From: Wallemia ichthyophaga EXF-994
Lineage: Eukaryota; Fungi; Basidiomycota
Assembly: GCF_000400465.1 (NCBI RefSeq)
Contig: NW_008806285.1
Coordinates: forward strand, 270,001 to 302,000
Length of the DNA: 32,000 nt
Direction of reading: 5' to 3'
Shown: one piece after another, positions 21,445 to 30,656 of the stretch
Position numbering within the stretch: the first letter of the stretch is position 1
Layout: each line of letters begins with the position of its first letter
Made by a program: the position numbers and the translations under genes
The notes under the pieces: generated by a model
Seen by the model: only the letters and a program-made list of their open reading frames with translations
Database searches by the model: none
Told to the model about the DNA's origin: nothing

Positions 21445-22745
21445 ATGTCGCTATTTGGAAATAACAGCGGTGCCGGTGCAGGCGCAGGTGGTGGATTTAG
21501 GTGGGTTTATTCCCTATGTCCCTGCATCCTGCTCAATCTTACAGCTTTGGTCAATCTTCGCAGCAGCAGCAACCTGCTCAGTCTGGCGGATTCAGCTTTG
21601 GTGGCGCATCTGGATCCACAGCGCCTAAGCCATCTCTCTTTGGTGCGGCTGCTGGTACTAGCAACAGCGCGTCAACTGGGACTACCACTCAACAGCCTCC
21701 ATCGAGTGGATTTGGAGGATTTGGAGGATTCGGTCAGCAGCAAACTTCCCAGCAACCCGGTCAACAAACACAACAGCCAGCCCAAACTGGTGGTTTGTTT
21801 GGAAGTCAACCACCAGCTTCATCGACGACGGGCACGGGTTTTGGAGGTTTTGGACAGTCGCAGCCACAGCCACTGCAACAGCAACAACCTCAGCAGTCTC
21901 AGCAGCCCGCTACTTCGAATAGCGCCTTAGGGTTTGGGTTGGGAGGTGGGAGCACCGCGTGAGTATCTCAGATGCAGCACTACGCGCTCATACTGACAAA
22001 CTACAATAGCAATACAACAGGTGCTTTCGGAAGTACGATTGGTGGTGGATTGGCTGGCACAGGTGGTCCGAATAACTCACAACAGCCCCAGCAATCACTC
22101 ACCCGGACAACTAAATACAACGACCTCTCAGACGCACATAAGAAAGTGATAGACGATATAGATGCCCACATACAAGGTAGAAACCACATAGCATTGAACC
22201 TCAAGTCGGAGCCACTGGGCAAGGACGTGGATAGATCATCAGTGCTGCTTGAGCAAGTATCGAACGATTTGATGAGTCTGAAGAGCACACTTTCGCACAC
22301 TTCAGCTGCTCTCGACAGTCTCAAAGAGGACACAGACACTGATACAGTCCGAGCACTCACCATGACGCGCATAATTGATGGCTACAAACGCCCACAAGAG
22401 AGTGGCGCGTGGCTCAAAACATATAGGGACTTCCCTCATGAGTACTTTACACAAATGTCAGTAGATCTTAAAGACAGAGCGACTAAATATACCAGTACAC
22501 TTGAGCAGATAGAAAGACATTTGAGATATCTGCTCAGCACCAACAGCCAGCAGCAGGCCATGTACACACCACACAGTATCGCTCAAATACTGCAAACGCA
22601 GCATTCAACCTTTATGAGTCTCGCAAGCCACGTCGCAGAGCTGCAGAGCGCGACGGAAGGACTCAAGGAGGGATACAGGGATATATGGAGAAACAAGACC
22701 AAATCGTACGCTGATCCGTTCACGCTGCCGAATGAAGGCGCTTAG
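21445..22745 (+). CDS. NUP49: FG nucleoporin, Nup49/Nup58-like
   Basis: N-terminal FG/SLFG repeats with Q/T/S spacers, then a coiled-coil region starting TRTTKYNDLSDAHKKVIDDID and ending WRNKTKSYADPF. Two introns at about 21501-21544 and 21959-22009. Confidence 0.75.
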
Positions 22746-22793
22746 AGGGTGAAGATAAAGTGTAATTTATTCTAGTATTGATTTTTAAGGTGA

Positions 22794-23412
22794 TTAGACC
22801 AATTTCGTGAAGAGCTTTGGAGCAGCGCAGTCGTCGACGGCGTGCAAGAAGCTGTAAGGGGTGAGAGGGGTGTGTGCGTGCTGCGGTTTACTCACTGGAC
22901 TATAAATCGGGGAAATGTTATTGGTTAAGCATAACAGTTAAGGCAGATTACTTACGCCTGTAGAAAGAATCACTTAGATATCGTTGCTAGCCTATGAATC
23001 GCACTCACATTTCCTCAGCACAGTTCTCGCCTTCGAATCCTTTGCCTGCTTCGACTTTTTCGTTGCAGTGCTCGAAGTGGTGCTTCAAGTGAGCGACGTG
23101 GGAGTTGTTCTCACATTCTGAATAAGCGTCAGGAGTGCGGCGTACAGCAAGCAGATTCATTCACCTTCACGGATAGCTGGGTAGATCTGAGTGGCATGAG
23201 AAGGCTAAGCGTTGTGAGCCAGCAACACTCACATCTTCTGGCTCCTCTTCCTCCTCCTCTTCTTCCTCCTCTTCCTTGTCTTCAGATTCCTGTTGTGGCT
23301 CTTCCTGTGTCTCTTCCTGTGGCTGCTCCTGTGGCTGCTCCTCGCCCTCATCTGCGTACCCAACTGAGTAGACCGCGTCGACTGCTGAACTTAAATAATC
23401 TGCTAATCCCAT
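22794..23412 (-). CDS. QCR6: Cytochrome bc1 hinge subunit Qcr6
   Basis: Acidic N-terminus, then EPED|IYPAIRE|ECENN...LKHHFEHCNEKVEAGKGFEGENCAEEMLHFLHAVDDCAAPKLFTKLV*. Six exons, including 22-, 2- and 4-nt exons. Confidence 0.93.
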
Positions 23413-23479
23413 TTTCTGCTCTTTGGATATTTGAATTCCTCGGTGTGTTGGTTAGAAACGACGAAGCGAAAAAAACTAA

Positions 23480-24434
23480 ATGGAGTTCTGGGATATGTTC
23501 AAGACGCGCAAAGCTGGTGTGTCGTAGGCGTTGAGTGTCTATTAGCTTCTGTTCATGCGCCACAAATTAGATATCCTGCGCCTCGTCGACGCTGCCCAGT
23601 CTGGCTGTGAAATTAGGCAGGCGAGGGTAGAGGTCTATTCACTGCAGAAGACTTTCAACGACGCCGTTGATCTCCTTCCCTCATTCGATCAGAAGAGCTA
23701 CTCCACTCAGCTCGTTCAGATTGCAAGTATCCTCAACGAGAAGGAAGCTGCAGTAGCGCCGAAACCCAAATTCAGCTTTAAAGATAAAGCACGTGCAAGA
23801 CAGGCCGCATCTGTAACTACTGCAAGTGCTGGGAGTGCTGGGAACGCTTCAATTGGCCCTGCTAAGACTACGCTAGACCAGCACCTTCACCCCCACAATC
23901 ACGAGTCAGCCTTGGCAGCTACAGATATACACCACACGCTACATATCATCAACGCCCATCAAGGCGGTCTCACTGTCGATCGCGTCTCCGATAGCGTCCT
24001 CGTCGCTCCTGCAGACACTCACTCACCGTCTAGCTGCCACATCCACAATGTAGAACGAAGCATAATCAACCTCATTCGGGTAGACGGCAGTCTGTTCCTC
24101 AATAACATCAACCACGCTATCATTATAGCTGAATGTCATCAGGTGCGTTAGTACTTTTGCTGTTTGAGACATTCGGGAATGACTGACACGTTTTTAGTTC
24201 CGTATACACAAATCTCACAACGTTACCATCGCACTCTCCATTTCTTCCACTGCTATCATGGAATCGTGCACCAACATCACTTTCGTCAAGCATCCAAAGG
24301 CTACGAACATACCCGTGGTATCTGACTTTGATGATCCCGTTTCTTCATCCAATTTCACATATAGCGAGAACACCGGGCGAGTTGAGGATATAGTAAAGCA
24401 GCCCACTCTCGCACAGTTAGCATACCTTCCTTAA
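23480..24434 (+). CDS. TBCC: Tubulin-folding cofactor C (C-CAP domain)
   Basis: N-terminal helical region with LPSFDQKSYSTQL...PKPKFSFK, then C-CAP SCHIHNVERSI...VDGSLFL...IIIAECHQ|FRIHKSHNV...AIMESCTNITF...VSDFD. Introns at about 23517-23570 and 24143-24197. Confidence 0.88.
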
Positions 24435-24731
24435 TTCATTACTCCACGCTAGCATATGCAAGATCTTTGTACACCACCAATACATTCATAGACGTTGCAC
24501 ACTCCAAATGCAAGCCAGGCATCATCCAATATACCTAAATCCATTTGATTTATTCTGATAGTACAACATAAAAGAAAAAAAAGAAAAGTCCCGTTGCAAT
24601 TAGCAGTGGATAGCTTTTAAGCATATTTGAAAGTAAGTAAGTAATTAAAATCAGAGAGCATCTCCAAGAATGTTCCACATCCCGTAGAAACGATAAATTC
24701 AAGCACGAGCGAAAGACCGGTTTCCTCAAAT

Positions 24732-26633
24732 CTAAGCTGATTCCTTCTTCGATGTATACTCGCGGTGACCTGAAGCTTGCGAGTTTTCATCGCTCTCGAA
24801 TCTCTTATCAGAGTGATCGACATTGTCAGAATGCTCGATATTTTCCGGATTACCATAGATATCCATCTTGTTGGCCTCCATGACATCTCTCCTGGAATTG
24901 TAACCGGGTGGGACCCACTTCTCGCTTGCCCAGGCTGTCAAGCCCTTCGTGGAGTACATTATGTCCACATTCTCGAGCGATAAACCTGCGGTTTCGTAGA
25001 GGAAGAAGAAGACAAAGACTGACGCGAAGAGATTGCAGCCAGCGAAGATGTAACCGTAAGCGAAGCCAATGTCACCAGTGATGAATGGCGAAAAGAAGGA
25101 GATAAGGAAGTTCCACGTCCAGTTCGAAGCCGTCGCCAGCGATGCCTGTCTTGCTCTTGTTCTCGTTGGGAACGTCTCACCAGTGACAATCCAGCAAGCT
25201 GGACCCCAAGTAGTGGCGTAACTGGCAATGAACAAGCAAGCTGAGACAATCATGAGATCTCCCATACCTTCGTATTCGCTTGGAGGGCGACAAACACCGA
25301 CGGAGGCGAAAATAAGCAGCCAAATCTTTATAGCAGTTAGCAAAATGCAGTTACTCTCGGAGACAACTCACTGCTATGGAAAAGTTAGCATGATCTAGGA
25401 GAAAGATTTTCACTACTCACTTTGCCATAAACCTCCAATGTAAAGTGGTCTACGACGTCCATAGTGTTCTAGCACATAAAGACTGAAGAAGACGCAAACA
25501 AAGTTCACAACACCCATAATAATTTGTGTAATGTAAGAATCTTCGATACCAACCGACTGGAAGATAGTGGCACCGTAGTAGAAGAAGTAGTTGGCACCAG
25601 TCAGCTGTTGCAGACTTTGCATCATCATTCCAAGGAAGGTTCTGTAGGCCAATTTCTTCGAGCCAGGAGAGCCGACGAAACATTCAATCCACGACTGCCA
25701 GAATGGAGCGTCATTCTCCCTCTCCATGTTGATATTTGTTTCAATTTCGCGGTAGTCATGCTCAACAACAGCTCTATCATAGTCTGTCTTGATACCTCTA
25801 ATTCTTTCGAGCGCATTTCTTGCGTCGTCGGTTCTGTCGTTTTTCATGAGCCAACGTGGTGATTCTGAGATTATCAGCAAAACCCCGAGAAATCATCAAG
25901 CTACCCACCTGGAAACCGAGCGTGAAAGTGAGTGCATAACCAAGACCAACGATGATTCTCCAACTCGCGTCACTGTCTAGCTGGCGGGTACCGTAACAAA
26001 AGCAATATGCCAAAAGCATACCAAATGTAATGGCAAGTTGGTAGCAAGCAACCGCTGTACCTCTGAAAGAAGCTACGACGCACTCGGACATGTACATTGG
26101 TACCGCTGCTGATAAAGCACCAACACCCAGACCAGCTATCAGTCTACCGACTGCGAATTGCTGCCACACTTCAAATGTAGTGATCTGTACGAGGAATCCA
26201 ATACTGACTACGATACACTCGATCGTCATGGCCCATCTTCTCCCTAAAAAGTCCGCGAGAGGAGCACCAAGAAGAGCACCACCAAAGGTACCGATCGACA
26301 AAAGACCAACGATAAGACCCTCTCTGACTCGGGAAAACTCGTAAGTCTCGCAGTTCATACCATTAGCATCACATCCCTCTTGAATGTCCGAAAATCGCTC
26401 GAGGAAGTCCCTCATGAGAAGCATGTCTGATATCATACCAATATCATAACTTAGTGCGCTGTGAGCGGGGAGGTCTCGTAATGACATTCTGTACTCACCC
26501 AAAAACCATACCTCCAACGGAGCTGCAGGTCTCAGTTAGTGGTGTTTTGCGGAGATGCGGGGCCCTACGATAGTGCTGCTATGAAAATTGTCACAAGCCC
26601 TAGCGGCTGTCCATGTACTTTAAAATTAAACAT
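24732..26633 (-). CDS. MFS sugar porter (hexose transporter), array copy 1
   Basis: MFNFKVHGQPLGLV...GGMVFGYDIGMISD, ADFLGRR, GRLIAGLGVG..SAAVPMYMSE, PESPRW, MMQSLQQLTGANYFFYYG, GRRRPL, WGPACW..TGETFP, SNWTWNFLI, YETAGLSLE. Five introns, one pair flanking a 2-nt exon. Confidence 0.96.
24991..25186. repeat. 196-bp direct repeat identical to 27818..28013
   Basis: GTTTCGTAGAGGAAG...CTCACCAGTGA is identical in copies 1 and 2, with divergent flanks. Confidence 0.9.
25555..25914. repeat. 360-bp direct repeat identical to 28383..28742 (includes a whole intron)
   Basis: Read base by base, GACTGGAAGATAGTGG...CTACCCACCTGGAA, constant offset 2828. Overlapping antisense ORFs in the track have identical translations over the tract. 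Confidence 0.92.
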
Positions 26634-26833
26634 TGTGGTTGTAGTTCGAGATGAAAGGGCAGCTCGGATTGACTTTACAAGTATGGTATATGAATGCGTA
26701 CCTGATGGTCATGTGCACGTCATACGGTGCGCATACGGAACTCTTCCTTGTTTGATGATCACCGGGGGTGACTCAATGCGGATAAAATCCCCAAGAATGC
26801 TAAGGGAAGAGCTTCTTCGTATCTCATAATCTG

Positions 26834-27298
26834 GTCTAGCTGCATTATCGAGAATGCTAAACGGGGTATTGCGGGAATTATGCATGCATGGCGGCTATAA
26901 TTTCAATACTTGTCAAAAATAAAAACAAAGACGCTAAACTTCCATCTGAGTGTCTTCAGGTACGCTGTTGTTTCAGTAAGTTGTAAAAGACTGACACCGG
27001 AACACTTCCGTATACACAAATCTTACAATGTCATCATCCTACTTTTTACTTTTTGTCCGTTATCATACGACCGCATAATGGCACCCCTTTCGTCAAGAAA
27101 CCGAAGCGTGCTGGCACATCGGAAGCCTCCGACATGGCTGATCACGTCTCTTGATCTAATTTAAAGGATCATGGGAACTCTGGGCTGACTGAGGATATTT
27201 CTAGATGCGTTCTTATCATACTACAAGTATATATTGCTGAGATGTCTTTTTTTCAGTAACTCATTTACAACACTACCATACTCAATATGCAAGATCTT
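26834..27298 (+). pseudogene. Decayed duplicate of the TBCC 3' half and its 3' flank (relic 1)
   Basis: Colinear matches to 24030..24467: GTCTAGCTGC, TGTC(A/T)TCAGGT, GACTGACAC, an identical 18-mer TTCCGTATACACAAATCT (24198 vs 27006), TTTCGTCAAG and ATATGCAAGATCTT (24454 vs 27285). The intron acceptor AG is lost and the frame is disrupted. Confidence 0.85.
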
Positions 27299-27606
27299 CA
27301 TACAAAAACAGATGATGCAAACTCTCGCTACTAAGGGATATCACTGACTGCAATCACGATCTCGCCCCAACTGCAAGCCCCGCCCAGTCACATATCTAAG
27401 TCGGCTAAAGTTTAAAGTAAATTTATTCGAAAAATTTGATAATACAGGCATCATTTTGATGACATTAGGAAGCCTTTAGCAATTCGTGATCACCAGTTAT
27501 GGATAGATTAGTAGGTAACTTGAAATATTGGAGAGCTGTCCTTTGCATCCGGCAGAAATGAAAAAATTGATGAAAAGTGAGATGAAGTCTTCCATGCAGC
27601 TTACAT

Positions 27607-29523
27607 TTAAGCTTTGTTTCCTGCATCGTCGTTATTTCCTGATGATTGAGAGAATCTGTCACCGTCAGAGTGATCGAACGTGTACTTTTCAGCGTTCGAA
27701 GACTCCAAAGCATCTCCCCTTCGAGACATTCCTGGTGGAATCCATTTTTCTGAGCCCCAAGCTGTCAAACCTTTCGTTGAATACATCTCATTGACGGCCT
27801 CCAAAGACAAATCAGCAGTTTCGTAGAGGAAGAAGAAGACAAAGACTGACGCGAAGAGATTGCAGCCAGCGAAGATGTAACCGTAAGCGAAGCCAATGTC
27901 ACCAGTGATGAATGGCGAAAAGAAGGAGATAAGGAAGTTCCACGTCCAGTTCGAAGCCGTCGCCAGCGATGCCTGTCTTGCTCTTGTTCTCGTTGGGAAC
28001 GTCTCACCAGTGATAATCCAACACCCTGGTCCCCACGTTGCGGCATAGCTGGCAATAAACAGACAAGCTGAGACAATCATGAGATCTCCCATTCCATCGT
28101 ACTCCGCTGGAGGACGTGCAACCCCTACTGAAGCAAAAACAAGCAACCAAATCTGAGACAAAATTAGCAACGATTTTATCGAAATTTCTCTTACTCACAC
28201 CTGTGAAAGAGTCATTAAGGGTTCAAGAGGAAGATTTCCGCTACTCACTTTGCCATAAACCACCGATGTAAAGTGGTTTACGACGACCAAAGTGCTCCAA
28301 GATGTAAAGACTAGCAAAAACGCAAACGAAGTTCACGACCCCGAGAATTATTTGGGTAATGTAAGAGTCATCGATACCGACAGACTGGAAGATAGTGGCA
28401 CCGTAGTAGAAGAAGTAGTTGGCACCAGTCAGCTGTTGCAGACTTTGCATCATCATTCCAAGGAAGGTTCTGTAGGCCAATTTCTTCGAGCCAGGAGAGC
28501 CGACGAAACATTCAATCCACGACTGCCAGAATGGAGCGTCATTCTCCCTCTCCATGTTGATATTTGTTTCAATTTCGCGGTAGTCATGCTCAACAACAGC
28601 TCTATCATAGTCTGTCTTGATACCTCTAATTCTTTCGAGCGCATTTCTTGCGTCGTCGGTTCTGTCGTTTTTCATGAGCCAACGTGGTGATTCTGAGATT
28701 ATCAGCAAAACCCCGAGAAATCATCAAGCTACCCACCTGGAAGGAACCAAATGCCAATTCCAAGGGTGAATGTAAACGCAAAACCGAGACCGATGATGAT
28801 TCTCCAACTAGCGTCGCTATCTAATTGACGGGTACCAATACAGAAACAGTATGAAAGCAAGACACCTAAGGTGATTGCGAGCTGGTAGCAAGCGACAGCC
28901 GCACCTGTTCATAACGTTAGAGCAAAATTTTCTTCAAAGGGCACACCTACCTCTGAAAGACGCTACGACGCACTCGGACATGTACATTGGTACCGCTGCT
29001 GATAAAGCACCAACACCCAGACCAGCTATCAGTCTACCAACCGCGAGTTGCTGCCAGACAGTGAAGGTGGTTATCTGTATGAGGAATCCAATGCTGACGA
29101 CGATACACTCAATTGTCATAGCCCATCTTCTGCCGAGGTAATCTGCAATAGGAGCACCAAAGATAGCACCGGCAAGGGTACCGATGGAGAGAAGACCGAC
29201 GATAAGGCCTTCTCTGACTCTGGATAATTCATAGTTGCTACAGTTCATACCGTTGGAGTCACATCCTTCACGGATGTCTGAAAAACGCTCTAGGAAATCC
29301 CTCATGAGAAGCATGTCTGAGATCATACCGGTATCATATCTGGAGTGAATGTTAACGGCGGCATAACGCAGATTCAGTCTATACACACCCAAAGATACCT
29401 CCTCCGACAGATCTATGGGTCTTGATCAGTTGCAAAGTTCGGGGATGCGGGGACTTACGATAATAACGCAATGGAGATTGTCATAAGCCCCACCGGCTGA
29501 CCCTTTATTTCGAAATTGATCAT
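27607..29523 (-). CDS. MFS sugar porter (hexose transporter), array copy 2
   Basis: MINFEIKGQPVGLM...GGGIFGYDTGMISD and the same sugar-porter motifs as copy 1. Six introns, including 28905..28950, which copy 1 lacks. Confidence 0.96.
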
Positions 29524-29897
29524 AGTGGTTGTAATTAGAGGCAAGATTAGGCTACTCGAGCTTTACATAAGTGCGAATGGGCACGGTCGAACATTACGAC
29601 GAGCTGCATGATGAATTTGGTACCTGACTCTTGTCATGTGCAAGCAATACGAAGATAATCCAAATTCAATGGCAAAAAAAAGCCTGGATATAGACTGGTG
29701 CTCATTGATGGGTCGGCAGCCGTTTCCGTAACTACACACTCGCTCTCCAGCTGCCATAACCACAATTTTCACCGGAGTATACTATTTTCCGACCGCGTGT
29801 CTGAAAATCCATTCCTCAATATTTTTAACCACGCTACCAGCCTCGCGCTTATTAAAGCGAGGCCCATATGGTGCGTCGTTGTCACAAAAAGCTTAAA

Positions 29898-30082
29898 GAA
29901 TGACAGCGGAGAGGTTCCGTCTATACCATCACATAACATGACTTGTTTACTATCCATTATCTAAACAGTCATCACGTTTTCCTGAACTCATACTTTCATC
30001 AACTGTCGGTCAAGTATACCAAAGCTGCTGTCTTACCAATGGTGTCTGACCTCAACGATGGTGTCTTCCTATTCAAATATCC
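29898..30082 (+). pseudogene. Decayed duplicate of the last TBCC exon (relic 2)
   Basis: GAATGAC...GTTCCGT matches the TBCC intron/exon junction. Residual translations SHNMTCLLSI (vs SHNVTIALSI) and VKYTKAAVLPMVSDLNDGV (vs VKHPKATNIPVVSDFDDPV). Confidence 0.7.
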
Positions 30083-30656
30083 TACTTTACATATCTGCTG
30101 TTCCCTCAGCATTGCTGCTCATCCCATCTTTAACAGACAAGCATCTCTTCAATCGTGATGATGATTCGGAAATATGAGACAACCATGAGCTGTCACAACG
30201 AGCATGCATTCATGAGATGGCATGCATTCCCGAAATGTATTCTTAGTAGCTACTCCACAAAGAACAGTGATCACCGATGATACGCTCTCTCTACGCGCTC
30301 ATCCCGAAATCCACAATCACTATATCAATTTCACGCCATCTACAACGCACACAAATTCACAATCAAAATTCGAAAAGGGAGAATCAATGTGAACGTTACA
30401 GTGACACTCTTTCTGCACGATCATTTCAAAATCCGCAATCGCCATACCAATGTCACGCAATCTCAATGCACACATTCTTGGGAAGAAGCAAATTCATTTG
30501 AGAGCACAGGTATTATTTTATTTGCGCAAGAATTATCTAAGCAAGTCATAGTAAGCAATTAGTAAAATGAGAGCAAACCTTGGAAAGTTCTATGTCCTAT
30601 AGAAGCGAAAAAGCAAATTAAAAAAGAGAGGAGGAATATAAGACTTCCTGAAAATC

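Noticed and set aside
30190-30230. GCATGCATTC direct repeat and ATGCAT palindromes in the third spacer
   Set aside because: Too short, with no terminal inverted repeats or target-site duplication, so it is not evidence of a MITE.
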